DNA of 64,000 nt from the NCBI GenBank assembly GCA_012813795.1, contig GCA_012813795.1_4087.1; one strand, written 5' to 3'. Shown here one piece after another: positions 16,558 to 26,269 of the stretch. The notes under the pieces are model-generated. The model ran no database searches, was not told where the DNA came from, and was given only the letters and a program-made list of their open reading frames with translations. Every line of letters begins with the position of its first letter. Position 1 is the stretch's first letter. The stretch comes from a phage. A program made the translations under genes and the position numbers.

Positions 16558-16957
16558 TTAAACGTAACGACCCTCTGAATGTGTCTGGATAACTGTCTAA
16601 TAGATCGATTAGTCTATTAAACGCATGAGTACTGATGAATGGATGTTTCTTCGCGAGTTCGATGCGTTTCTCAAAATCCATTAATGTAATCTCGGTTCTA
16701 TTGAAACTACCTTTACGTCTGTACGTTAGTAAACGCTCTTTGTGTCCATTAAGCTGGAAATCAAAATATGTTGTTGTAGTATAATCACTATCATCACTGA
16801 TAGGCTTTGAAAAATCCAGATTATACGTAGAACCAAATGCGAAAAAGAAACCACCATCTTCCAATGGGATATCTTTATCGCTTAGATTGAAATCTGATTC
16901 ATCGCATAAAATATCAAATATCTTTCTACTTAATTTTAGAAACTCATCTTCTAACAT
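16547..16957 (-). CDS. hypothetical protein
   Basis: 136-aa ORF. Confidence 0.45.
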   Translation of the reverse strand: MLEDEFLKLSRKIFDILCDESDFNLSDKDIPLEDGGFFFAFGSTYNLDFSKPISDDSDYTTTTYFDFQLNGHKERLLTYRRKGSFNRTEITLMDFEKRIELAKKHPFISTHAFNRLIDLLDSYPDTFRGSLRLNAE

Positions 16958-16959
16958 AG

Positions 16960-17181
16960 TTATTCCTCGTTTTCATTTGGAATACAATATACAAATACTA
17001 AATGCTTAAAGTGATCAGTACTGGAATATAATGCCAATTCATGTAATGGGAAATTTGTATCTTTAAATTTACCATTTTCGTATATAGTTATTTGTAACGA
17101 ATGTTTTGGCTCAAAAATATAATAGTACATTATTGATTCACCAAAAAGTACAGTATGGTGCTGATATCGTTCAATTTTCAT
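16960..17181 (-). CDS. hypothetical protein
   Basis: Track ORF 16960-17229 trimmed to internal ATG at 17181 (MKIERYQHH), immediately after the stop of the deaminase gene. Confidence 0.4.
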   Translation of the reverse strand: MKIERYQHHTVLFGESIMYYYIFEPKHSLQITIYENGKFKDTNFPLHELALYSSTDHFKHLVFVYCIPNENEE

Positions 17182-17546
17182 GTATGGATAATCTCTTTTA
17201 CCCCGTACTCCTGAATTGCTAATGTACAAATCTCACAAGGTTTAGCTGGTACTGGGATACCATCTTTGCTTACACGAGCGATAAGAAGAGTATGTACTTC
17301 AGCACGAGCAGCAAGAAGACACGAAATTTCAGCGTGTAAAAATTCCCCTTGTGGACGACCAGCACGAATTGCAAAGCCTTTCTGCTTAGGGTGAGTCTGT
17401 GTGTAAGAGTTGGTACGAGTAGCCAGTACTCGACCTTTCTTATCCAGTGCACGAGCAATTACTCTATACCGTTTGTAATTGCCAACTTGTTCAATCGGCG
17501 GCATCTCACGGAGTTCTTCTACCAGTTTAAGCAATTTCGGGTTCAT
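17178..17546 (-). CDS. Zinc-dependent cytidine/deoxycytidylate deaminase-family protein
   Basis: HAE ... PCEIC zinc-binding signature (FLHAEISCL ... AKPCEICTLAI); 122 aa; distinct from the dCMP deaminase at 38228-38707. Confidence 0.5.
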   Translation of the reverse strand: MNPKLLKLVEELREMPPIEQVGNYKRYRVIARALDKKGRVLATRTNSYTQTHPKQKGFAIRAGRPQGEFLHAEISCLLAARAEVHTLLIARVSKDGIPVPAKPCEICTLAIQEYGVKEIIHT

Positions 17547-18160
17547 ATGTTGTAGTCTATACCTTTTCTAAGTGATTCCTCAAGCACCCATAGTTTACAT
17601 TCCTCGGATTGTAAATGTTTGTTTGCCTCTTCTTGTTCTTCTATTGTACAAGTTTTGAGGAATTCTTTCAAGGCTTTTATTGTACCTTTAATGTTTTCAA
17701 TATCACCTGGAATATAATCAAGTTCAATTTCAGATAATTTTGAGTTCTCCCATGTGTTACGAAGTTCTTCTGGTTGGAACATTGATGAAGGAAAAACACT
17801 TTTCGTCACTACACGCTGATGTACAGAATCATACTTAGCTTCCGCTTCTTCTTGTGTGTAATCACCGTACTTTTCTAGGATCTTGGTGTATAAATTATCA
17901 ATTGCTTCTTCATATGTATCACCACCACAATCCAACTCGTACTCATGTCCACGAACAAACTTCCCTTCGTCTTCATCGAAAAAAGGAGTTAGCATTTCGA
18001 TCCAGTACTGTGTTTTTGTATTCAGGGCCGGATAATCTTCAATTCGATTTGTGATGGGACATACATCGTGTGGCTCAACATCAATGCGAGCATCAACGTA
18101 GTCTTTATTGATAAATTCAGGGTGTCCCAAAATCCACCAGTACTTTTGTGATGTAGTCAT
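17543..18160 (-). CDS. hypothetical protein
   Basis: 205-aa ORF, acidic. Confidence 0.5.
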   Translation of the reverse strand: MTTSQKYWWILGHPEFINKDYVDARIDVEPHDVCPITNRIEDYPALNTKTQYWIEMLTPFFDEDEGKFVRGHEYELDCGGDTYEEAIDNLYTKILEKYGDYTQEEAEAKYDSVHQRVVTKSVFPSSMFQPEELRNTWENSKLSEIELDYIPGDIENIKGTIKALKEFLKTCTIEEQEEANKHLQSEECKLWVLEESLRKGIDYNI

Positions 18161-18204
18161 ATAGTCTCCATAAAAAGTACTGCCACATGGACAGTACTGA
18201 ACTA

Positions 18205-19008
18205 TTAGTAGTCTTCGTTATATGCAAAAGCGTAATGAGAAATTAGTTTATCGTTATACGATACTAAGGTGTAATGTCTACCTTCATCTGATTCAAATAA
18301 GCGGTATTCGATTTGACCCCATTTTTCTTTTTTAATGCGTTTTGCTTTTTCAACATCATATTCTTGCTTTAGGAATGCTTTACAATCAGCAGTCGTTTTG
18401 ATATCAACGGAATCGGGACTATACAATGAACGCCCAATAACTTCAGACATAAAGGCATTAATACCTTTATTCTTACTTTCATCAATATCCATATGACTTT
18501 CAAAAGTGCCAATTTCAATCAATTCTAAATTAGAAAGCTTACTCCATTCTATTAATGTAATATTATCAAGAAGGCAGTAATCATCTTCAAGTTCACCGAT
18601 ATTGGTTTTCATACCAAACATTAGATAAGTTCCATCATTTGCAGTATCCGGTTTACCTAAAACGACAGTTCCATCACAATTGTTTAATGCACATTTTAGG
18701 TCATCTGCTTCTTCTTCACAATCAACATCGGCATTTTTATAAATCGTATCAAAAACCCATTGTTTGTCATGTAACGGAATAACAAAATCATCAACATTGG
18801 TAATCTGTTCTTTCCAATCTAGTAATGGACTTACGGTTTGATTGATTTCTGGAATAACTAAAACGTTTGGTTCAGAAACTACTTCATCATATACATTAAC
18901 ATCTTCATAAGTGACGAGAAGAGAACGAGAAGGTTTAGGACATTTCAATGTATGTGGTTCATGGTAGAATTTAGTTTTTGAACAATGCTTACAGATTGGA
19001 TTCGACAT
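18205..19008 (-). CDS. hypothetical protein
   Basis: Track ORF 18205-19176 trimmed to ATG at 19008 (MSNPICKHCSK), which has GAGGA 7 nt upstream and abuts the stop of the upstream gene; the longer N-terminus looks non-protein-like. Confidence 0.5.
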   Translation of the reverse strand: MSNPICKHCSKTKFYHEPHTLKCPKPSRSLLVTYEDVNVYDEVVSEPNVLVIPEINQTVSPLLDWKEQITNVDDFVIPLHDKQWVFDTIYKNADVDCEEEADDLKCALNNCDGTVVLGKPDTANDGTYLMFGMKTNIGELEDDYCLLDNITLIEWSKLSNLELIEIGTFESHMDIDESKNKGINAFMSEVIGRSLYSPDSVDIKTTADCKAFLKQEYDVEKAKRIKKEKWGQIEYRLFESDEGRHYTLVSYNDKLISHYAFAYNEDY

Positions 19009-19018
19009 GGATTGATCC

Positions 19019-19378
19019 TCAGATATAACGTTTCTTTTTATAATCATACCCGATTGCTTTATAAAAGTCAAACAATGAAGCATGGGTAAACGTAGGTAAT
19101 AGATCATATGGGTGCTGATAGTTTGCAATGCCAACAATTTTAAGCATTGATACCGCAGTTCTTGCATTATCTTCATCCCATTCGTCTAAACGCCAAAGGG
19201 AACAAAGCACTGCTCGTTCATGTTGCTTACCGAGAAAGAATTCAGCTTCACGGTCACGGAATGCACCTACGCTGATAGTACTTTTGTACCAGTCTTTCTC
19301 ACCATAAGCTGGTAGACGAATGATGTGCTTTTCTTCAGCTTTACCAAAACGATGTAGGAATGCAACATAATCACTCAT
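19019..19378 (-). CDS. hypothetical protein
   Basis: 119-aa ORF. Confidence 0.45.
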   Translation of the reverse strand: MSDYVAFLHRFGKAEEKHIIRLPAYGEKDWYKSTISVGAFRDREAEFFLGKQHERAVLCSLWRLDEWDEDNARTAVSMLKIVGIANYQHPYDLLPTFTHASLFDFYKAIGYDYKKKRYI

Positions 19379-19400
19379 AGTTTATATCCCATTACGTCTT

Positions 19401-19634
19401 TCATTGAGCATCCCTTGGGACTGTTGTTAAGCGTTTGCGGTTAACAATTTTGCGACACATAAGATTTAGATCCTGTCCGTGACGCATCTCATGACAGGCA
19501 TAGAGTGTGCCATTATGATTCAGTTTAGTTAAGTCCTTACGGATCATTTCTGCATCCATCTCGTTAACTTTAGGTGCACAGCCGACGAGTAAGGTTGTCC
19601 CAGCAACTAAACAAGAAATGATAATCTTTTTCAT
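19401..19634 (-). CDS. Small putative lipoprotein
   Basis: Signal peptide ending in lipobox LLVGC; AGAGGA upstream of ATG. Confidence 0.5.
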   Translation of the reverse strand: MKKIIISCLVAGTTLLVGCAPKVNEMDAEMIRKDLTKLNHNGTLYACHEMRHGQDLNLMCRKIVNRKRLTTVPRDAQ

Positions 19635-19841
19635 GAATTAATCCTCTTTGTAAATGTATTGTAATTTTGTTTCACCATTAATGACATACATCTGATTACT
19701 TTCTAGTAAACAGTTATCTGGTGCTTCTTCAAACACTGAATAGTATTGTGTACTGTATTTAAAGTCCATTAGTGAACAAGATGATATTAACATTAATACT
19801 AATACATATGCAAGTCTTTTTATGATTATTTTCCAATGTTT

Positions 19842-20492
19842 TTAAGTTTTGGTCTTAGCTAATGCAATCTGGATTCGTGTAATGAACTCACGCTCAATTT
19901 CATCGGCATTTGTACCTTGGTATTGCGTCTTGAATAGTTCCATAGCTTTAAGTGCCATTTGTACTGAAATGTCAGCAATGCTCTCAGTACTGGAATTGTC
20001 AAATACACATTTGAGGCTTAGTTCACCGTCACTTACATCATCTACTAAAATTGGCGTTTTGTTCTGTTCATCAATGTAACGCAACGCTTTGTACTCTGCT
20101 TTGGTTAGATTTTCATACCAACGCGGATGGTTGAACAAATCATACATTGTAACTTTCGCTGATTCCATGAGAAGCAATAGCTCTTCATTTCTGCGAATAT
20201 GTTTTTCTTCACCTTTGTGATTTTTGTAAGCATATGCACAACGCATAATGGCTAAACGAACTTCACCTGCTTTGGTGATAGTATATGAATGTGTTGCATT
20301 ATCATAATCACTTTCCCATTGCTGTCCAGCGTATTCATACCAAAGATCATTAGTTTCCCATTTCAGGAAATCAAATTCCAATAAATTATCAATCAACTTA
20401 GCCATATGACCAACGTATTCTCGGCTAATAATATTGAAAGAACCGTTATGTTTAGCGTGATACAGAATCTTTTCTTGAGTTACATTTTTCAT
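19842..20492 (-). CDS. hypothetical protein
   Basis: 216-aa ORF. Confidence 0.5.
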   Translation of the reverse strand: MKNVTQEKILYHAKHNGSFNIISREYVGHMAKLIDNLLEFDFLKWETNDLWYEYAGQQWESDYDNATHSYTITKAGEVRLAIMRCAYAYKNHKGEEKHIRRNEELLLLMESAKVTMYDLFNHPRWYENLTKAEYKALRYIDEQNKTPILVDDVSDGELSLKCVFDNSSTESIADISVQMALKAMELFKTQYQGTNADEIEREFITRIQIALAKTKT

Positions 20493-20821
20493 TACATGTA
20501 ATCCTTGATATATTTTAGAAGTTTAGATTTCTCTTCAGTACTTAATGATTTCTTGTTCATTAAATGTTTCATTTCTTGACGTTCAATTTCTTCGCGACGT
20601 TGTGATTCTAACTGCAAACGGATATTGTATTCTTCATCCGTTTCTTCTCGTGTCCAAATTACATTGTATCCATCGAAACCGCCGTAACCACCGTCTGGTG
20701 AAAGACTAATGTGTCCCTTGTACTCTGCACGGTACTTATTAAGAGTGTCAATCAATGTATCAATACAACACTGTTCAATTTCAATATAGCCAATAACTAC
20801 ATCAACATCAACTTTGCTCAT
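20492..20821 (-). CDS. hypothetical protein
   Basis: Track ORF 20492-20983 trimmed to ATG at 20821 (MSKVDVDVVIGYIEIEQ); a stem-loop (20843-20858) sits between it and the upstream gene. Confidence 0.4.
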   Translation of the reverse strand: MSKVDVDVVIGYIEIEQCCIDTLIDTLNKYRAEYKGHISLSPDGGYGGFDGYNVIWTREETDEEYNIRLQLESQRREEIERQEMKHLMNKKSLSTEEKSKLLKYIKDYM

Positions 20822-20849
20822 AACGTTTAACCTATAAAAATAGGGAGCA

Positions 20850-21407
20850 TTAGCTCCCTTTGTATTGTTTTTTACGCTTAGTACTGTATTTCCAGCCAGT
20901 ACTGTGTCTTGTTCTAAAATCGTCCCAATATGTCGGTAGTGAACGCATCTTGCGTTTTCCACGAATATCAGGTTCACCATCATCCTTCAGTACTGCACAC
21001 GCCATACGACGCTCTTGTTGGGTCTTAGGACGTTTGTAGCGAGAATGGTTATGCTTGTACATGTAAGAGCGTTTGTGTCGCCATTCGGTGTCACGGGCCT
21101 TACGTTTATGTTCCCAGTACTCATTATAGAGAACCATGTATTCACCCATAAGTAAATCAGGCGATACTAATAAACCTTTTTCAGTACAGAGATAATAACC
21201 GACAAACTTTTCAGGATACATTTCGTAATAGAAACGATTTTTCCAGAATGATTCACGATTCTTCTTGTTGAACTCGGATAAATCAAATTTCATTTTGCTG
21301 TGAAATAGATCAACCCCTTCGTGGTCAGCAATATATTGTAGAAGATTATCAACAATCTCTACTTTTCCAGAATCATGGTACAACGTAAATGTTTGGTCAA
21401 AGAACAT
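20850..21407 (-). CDS. hypothetical protein with basic C-terminal tail
   Basis: 185 aa; C-terminus rich in K/R (KRKKQYKGS). Confidence 0.45.
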   Translation of the reverse strand: MFFDQTFTLYHDSGKVEIVDNLLQYIADHEGVDLFHSKMKFDLSEFNKKNRESFWKNRFYYEMYPEKFVGYYLCTEKGLLVSPDLLMGEYMVLYNEYWEHKRKARDTEWRHKRSYMYKHNHSRYKRPKTQQERRMACAVLKDDGEPDIRGKRKMRSLPTYWDDFRTRHSTGWKYSTKRKKQYKGS

Positions 21408-21470
21408 ATTATTTTCTCCATTAAGTTAAAGTTCCTTAATGGAAAGTCATGCGACCTCTGAAAGTATCTT

Positions 21471-22217
21471 TCATACATCCTCCTTGGGGTATAATTTTCT
21501 AAATTCAGTCATCAGTTTGTTGCGAATCGGTTTCGCATAATCAATAACAGCTTGTGCTTTTACATGATAATCACCATATGTTTCATCATATATCTTATAG
21601 ATGTTGTCGCGAATGTTCAGCATTTCAAGCACATCAAACTCTTGTTTCATTGACGCAATATTCATTTCATGTTCAGTATTGGATCTGTACAGATTGTAAT
21701 AATGCGTAATGATATAGATGAAGTGAATGCTATGCCAGATGTTCTTCAGTCCTAACATCTTATCGTAATCTTCCAGTACTGTCAACTTCTTTTTTCCTTT
21801 ATTAAAGGCTTTATCTGATGCAGTACTGCAAATTTTACGAATCTCACTGTTACGGCGTGTCATCATAACCGAACCGATATGACCAAGGTACATCAAAAGA
21901 TGATTTGCACATTTCGGTACAATAGTACCAAAACCGATGGTATAGTATTTAACATCACCACGCATTAATTCGACACGAAGATGATTGAGAGTCATACATT
22001 CAATATTGACAGGTATATCAATACAATCTAATTTTACAGAGAACTCACCTTCTTCAAACTCTTCTGGTACTATATTAATAACATCAATATCATTTGGTAA
22101 TTTGTCATCATACTTATACAAACAAAAAGTATTCCACGAACCATAGATAAATGGGCATTTATAACCAATTTTGATTAGTTCGGTGATGATTGCTTCGGTT
22201 TGTTTTTCAAGATCCAT
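21471..22217 (-). CDS. hypothetical protein, possible minimal nucleotidyltransferase fold
   Basis: FIYGSWNTF ... NDIDVI resembles GS ... D-x-D; weak. Confidence 0.35.
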   Translation of the reverse strand: MDLEKQTEAIITELIKIGYKCPFIYGSWNTFCLYKYDDKLPNDIDVINIVPEEFEEGEFSVKLDCIDIPVNIECMTLNHLRVELMRGDVKYYTIGFGTIVPKCANHLLMYLGHIGSVMMTRRNSEIRKICSTASDKAFNKGKKKLTVLEDYDKMLGLKNIWHSIHFIYIITHYYNLYRSNTEHEMNIASMKQEFDVLEMLNIRDNIYKIYDETYGDYHVKAQAVIDYAKPIRNKLMTEFRKLYPKEDV

Positions 22218-22229
22218 AGTTTACCACCA

Positions 22230-22259
22230 ATAAAAAATCCCTGCCAATTGACAGGGATG
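22230..22259 (-). terminator. Intrinsic terminator candidate
   Basis: 7-bp stem atccctg/cagggat (22237-22258) with U6 on the minus strand. Confidence 0.45.
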
Positions 22260-22361
22260 AAAAACTTACTGAAATAACACATGGAGTTCTTTTTAAATTC
22301 ATAAAAAGTATTATTATTCTTATGAAAGTATTTATTAAGAACTCCAAAAAAACGCGTTAAA

Positions 22362-22550
22362 TCAAAAACCTTTTTGTGCAACCAGTTCACGATATTGTGC
22401 ACGTGTTAGTACACCTTGCTTACGTAGAGACTGAAGCCCACTTAAAGTTTCAGCTTTACGTAGCTCATAAGTGCGTTGTTCTTTGGATTGAATAACTTTC
22501 ACTTTTTTAACTTTAACTTCTGGTTCTTTTTTCTTAGGTTGTTTAGCCAT
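22362..22550 (-). CDS. Small basic protein (possible nucleic-acid binding)
   Basis: 62 aa, lysine-rich N-terminus KKKEPEVKVKKVKV. Confidence 0.45.
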   Translation of the reverse strand: MAKQPKKKEPEVKVKKVKVIQSKEQRTYELRKAETLSGLQSLRKQGVLTRAQYRELVAQKGF

Positions 22551-22618
22551 GATTTACTTCCTTCTTCGATAATGGTGTGTTCATTATAGCAATGAACACA
22601 TTTAATGTCAATAATAGA

Positions 22619-24058
22619 TTACATATTTTCTTCTGCAAACTCTGCAAGTGCAGAACGTACAACACCTTCCAATTCAATGATACGACACCCTTCCCAATCT
22701 TTGAATTTTTCAGTTACATATGTCAAACCACTATTAACTGGACTAATAAACTTACTATCAATCTGTGCTAAGTTACCCATAATGATAACCTTACAGTTTT
22801 GACCAGCACGGGTAAGAATAGTCTTTGCCTGTGCAGGGGTGATGTTCTGGAATTCATCTACAATTAGAATTGTATTAGTAAAAGAACGACCACGAATAAA
22901 GTTCAATGCTTTAAACTGCATTACGTTACGTTTGAGAATCTCTTCAATGCTACCTTGTGGGTTAGCATCATCTTTGTGTAGATACTCTAGAGCATCGATT
23001 GCAGCCCCACAGAATGGGATGACCTTTTCAGCTTCAGAACCAGGCAAGAAACCAATTTCTTCAAATTGAGAATCTTGTGTTTTGGAGAAGATTATACGAT
23101 CATATTTACGTTTTTCCAGCACTAATTCAAGGGAAGTAGCAACGGTAATCAGTGTTTTACCAGTACCTGCTGAACCTAGTAGTACTGTCAAATGTACATC
23201 AGGGTCAAGAATACTGTTAATTGCTAGTGCCTGTTGAATATTCTTTGCTTTAATATCCCAAACTTTAGCACGAAGAGCGATACTTTGACCAATATCCTGG
23301 AATACCAAAATATCTTCAGGTGTTAGTGAACCGTCTTCTTCTTCGATAGCAGATTGACCTTCGTATACGAATAGTACATCAGCATTATCATATAGATAAT
23401 CACCAATACATAGATTATCTGGTAGAACATCTTGAATCAATGCGGTTGGAATATAGTGATATAGACGGCGACCTTCTTGTTGGGATTTAATTTCAGCATT
23501 GTTAACTTCACTGAATGTTTTCCAGAAATCAATATCAAGGTGGTGCTGTCCAATATGAATCAACTCACTATCTTCGATTGCAACGTCATGGCGGTAATCT
23601 TGTACCTCAACACCGTAGCTCATTGCTTTGATACGCATGTTAATGTCGCGAGTTACCAGTACTGATTGTGATGCCAAAGCCACTAGAATGATTTTGTCAT
23701 CTGGTACAGTACTTTTAAGTAGAGTTTCTACTTTATCTTCACTGCCGCCCATACGAATAAGTGCTTCAGCTTCTTCATTCGTCATAACGAATAGCTTACT
23801 GGATGCATCCATATTTTTGTGGATATTGGCAATATTAACACCAGTACTGCTGATTTCTTCATGAGTAGCATCTTTCAGAATTGCATCGATGTTACGGATT
23901 GCGAAACGTGCATCACGTGATACGTCAACATTACGGCTCTTGATTGAATCAAGTTCTTCAAGAACAGTGAATGGTAGAATCACTGCTGCCCCATCAAATG
24001 CTACGGTTGCATTTGGATCGGATAGTAGTACGTTTGTGTCAATTGTGTATTTTTTCAT
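22619..24058 (-). CDS. phoH: PIN-domain / PhoH-like ATPase fusion (PhoH2/YlaK-type)
   Basis: N-terminal PIN-like acidic residues (YTIDTNVLL ... LEELD); C-terminal Walker A LLGSAGTGKT and PhoH core ILIVDEFQN; start set at ATG 24058 with AAGGA upstream. Confidence 0.8.
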   Translation of the reverse strand: MKKYTIDTNVLLSDPNATVAFDGAAVILPFTVLEELDSIKSRNVDVSRDARFAIRNIDAILKDATHEEISSTGVNIANIHKNMDASSKLFVMTNEEAEALIRMGGSEDKVETLLKSTVPDDKIILVALASQSVLVTRDINMRIKAMSYGVEVQDYRHDVAIEDSELIHIGQHHLDIDFWKTFSEVNNAEIKSQQEGRRLYHYIPTALIQDVLPDNLCIGDYLYDNADVLFVYEGQSAIEEEDGSLTPEDILVFQDIGQSIALRAKVWDIKAKNIQQALAINSILDPDVHLTVLLGSAGTGKTLITVATSLELVLEKRKYDRIIFSKTQDSQFEEIGFLPGSEAEKVIPFCGAAIDALEYLHKDDANPQGSIEEILKRNVMQFKALNFIRGRSFTNTILIVDEFQNITPAQAKTILTRAGQNCKVIIMGNLAQIDSKFISPVNSGLTYVTEKFKDWEGCRIIELEGVVRSALAEFAEENM

Positions 24059-24122
24059 AAAACATCCTTGAGTTATGAGCACATCCTTGTGCTCTACGGT
24101 AGATTATAGACTCAGACACTTC

Positions 24123-24422
24123 TTATTGTGGCTCATAGTCAACGTAGCAGCGGTGACCGCGAGCCTTTTCTGTCCAGCATTCATTGTAAACAATTTGCCC
24201 AACTGAAACTGGTTTCCTTGATGCTCCATACTTAATAGACCCATCTTCAGTCTTATAAGTAAATGAACATGTATTTTCTTCACACTGCCCTATGTCAGTA
24301 ACAACAGCAGTACGGTAGTATATATCTCTGTGTTTGGTTTGATCTTGATGATAAAAGAACCAAAACCCAATAAGAAATATAATACTTGTGATTATAAAGC
24401 TTTGTATATGATGTTTTGTCAA
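24123..24422 (-). CDS. Small membrane protein
   Basis: N-terminal transmembrane helix SFIITSIIFLIGFWFFY. Confidence 0.45.
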   Translation of the reverse strand: MTKHHIQSFIITSIIFLIGFWFFYHQDQTKHRDIYYRTAVVTDIGQCEENTCSFTYKTEDGSIKYGASRKPVSVGQIVYNECWTEKARGHRCYVDYEPQ

Positions 24423-24751
24423 TTGTCCCCTCTCAAAAATCTAAAACCATTCTGTAAGTACGTGTCAATGTTGACCTTCCCTACAGGATTACTGCTATGG
24501 ATGATATAATCGAATTCAGTACTGATATTGTTTTCGACCATATAATCAATTAGAAATTTTGCAAATGAATACCCTGTCTTTTCATCCTCCCCAACATCAC
24601 CTAAGTCATGATCGAAGCTAATAAATTGTGGTAAACCATGTTCATTTACATAAGCACATGCACTTTCATAATCACGACATAAAACCATGTTTTGATTTGG
24701 ATAATACTTTTCAGGATCACGAATATCATCCAGAAACATTGAGTAAGACAT
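24419..24751 (-). CDS. hypothetical protein
   Basis: 110-aa ORF. Confidence 0.45.
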   Translation of the reverse strand: MSYSMFLDDIRDPEKYYPNQNMVLCRDYESACAYVNEHGLPQFISFDHDLGDVGEDEKTGYSFAKFLIDYMVENNISTEFDYIIHSSNPVGKVNIDTYLQNGFRFLRGDN

Positions 24752-24762
24752 TATAATTCACC

Positions 24763-25311
24763 TTATAAGTAACTAATCAGTAAATTCTCGGATTGAACAA
24801 GATGTTCTAATTCCATTTTAGCAGTTCCTATGAAGTTTTGTGTCATAAGATTATTATATCCTGCTTCTCGGTTTTGTCCCTTTGAATAACGAGAAATGTG
24901 ACATAAATTAACACCAGCCACTTCTGCACTTGCATGTTTAGCAGTACTGTATCCATCGCGAATCGCTTTCAATTCTTCGTAAGTAACTTCATAACTATAG
25001 CTATGGGTATGTGCTCCTGGATATAGTTCGTAAGTTTTCAATGGTTTCAATTGTTCGATAAAAATATTATAATTCATCTCTTCCTGAATTTCACGGAATA
25101 GTGCATCTTCTAAGGTGGCATCGGTATCTTCGACTGTTCCACCACAACCACCCAGTAAACCATCCCAACGAAGCTGGAGTAATACCAGATTCACAACAGG
25201 GATATCATTTAATTCATAACCTTTATATGGGTTACAATTTCGAGCAAAGAAGTAACAGAATACAAAGTTTGCTCGTTTACCATACTCACCTAGAGGTACT
25301 TCTCGAATCAT
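24763..25311 (-). CDS. hypothetical protein, divergent Nudix-like motif
   Basis: GGTVEDTDATLEDALFREIQEEMN approximates the Nudix box G-x5-E-x7-REUxEE but with altered spacing; weak. Confidence 0.3.
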   Translation of the reverse strand: MIREVPLGEYGKRANFVFCYFFARNCNPYKGYELNDIPVVNLVLLQLRWDGLLGGCGGTVEDTDATLEDALFREIQEEMNYNIFIEQLKPLKTYELYPGAHTHSYSYEVTYEELKAIRDGYSTAKHASAEVAGVNLCHISRYSKGQNREAGYNNLMTQNFIGTAKMELEHLVQSENLLISYL

Positions 25312-26060
25312 TTCATTCTATCCTTAATGATAGTTTCCAGTACTGGAATCGCTTTTGTAGCTGGTTTTATAATTTTTTCATTGAACATGAAATCGTTATC
25401 ATTTTTTCTGATGTTGATATTAACACTAAAGCATGGTAAACAAGCAACCAGATGTGACCATTTCAGTACTGTGTCACTGCTACCAATGACTACAACTGTA
25501 TCATCTTCTGTTAAGGATTGCAATACTAAATTACGCTCATCGTATATTGGGAGTTTTTCACCATCAACATAACGATAATATTCACCAATGAACACTACGT
25601 TTGGTTTCGCAAAGACACCTTCTTTCGGAATGTACGGTTCATAACCACAATCCACAATACTATAATCGTCACCACCAATTGTAAAATTCTCAATAACTTC
25701 TTTTAAATTACCATGTAACTTTAATTCATTACCACCAATACGAGTATAGAGATCATCCATATTCGAAGTCATATGTAAAAAGTTATCCCCGTATGTATCT
25801 TCTAGAGATTTGATATAATAATGCATATCATTAGGAACACAATCTTTCATTTTATCACGTAATGTATTATAGAAAGTGTGTACTAAATGATACTTAGTAC
25901 TAAGACGTGCAATGTTACATACATCATTTATTTGAAATTGATCCCATAGACCATCGTCCATGCGAAACGGTTCCATCCCACTTTCAACGGATAGACCTGC
26001 ACCGGAAATAACCAATACACGTTTATTACCTTTATTTTTTATAAAAGAGTCAGAAATCAT
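25308..26060 (-). CDS. Sir2-family NAD-dependent protein
   Basis: VLVISGAGLSVESGMEPFR (GAGxS ... PxFR), LHGN, PNVVFIGE and VVVIGSSDTV match Sir2 NAD-binding motifs. Confidence 0.6.
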   Translation of the reverse strand: MISDSFIKNKGNKRVLVISGAGLSVESGMEPFRMDDGLWDQFQINDVCNIARLSTKYHLVHTFYNTLRDKMKDCVPNDMHYYIKSLEDTYGDNFLHMTSNMDDLYTRIGGNELKLHGNLKEVIENFTIGGDDYSIVDCGYEPYIPKEGVFAKPNVVFIGEYYRYVDGEKLPIYDERNLVLQSLTEDDTVVVIGSSDTVLKWSHLVACLPCFSVNINIRKNDNDFMFNEKIIKPATKAIPVLETIIKDRMK

Positions 26061-26269
26061 AGCTTACCTACTGTACCTAATGAACTCAAATCATATACAA
26101 ATAATATACACACAACAGAGATGATAATATGATATACCATCCATCCATTGAATTTCTCTTTGTTTTTGATAATTTTATATATACATTTAATATTATTGTA
26201 CGCTGCAACTGCTAGAAATACAACAACAAAATAAACAAAGCATAGTGAAAAGTAATTGATAGTTATCAT
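26057..26269 (-). CDS. Small membrane protein
   Basis: Two predicted transmembrane helices; AAGGAG upstream. Confidence 0.4.
   Translation of the reverse strand: MITINYFSLCFVYFVVVFLAVAAYNNIKCIYKIIKNKEKFNGWMVYHIIISVVCILFVYDLSSLGTVGKL

Noticed and set aside
19637-19792. Possible ~51-aa ORF in the 19635-19841 gap
   Set aside because: No ribosome-binding site before the candidate ATG and a weak translation; left unannotated, though the 200-bp gap remains unexplained
22175-22402. 75-aa minus-strand ORF overlapping the terminator and intergenic region
   Set aside because: It spans a terminator hairpin and overlaps both neighbouring genes, and its translation is low-complexity (KNNNTFYEFKKN)
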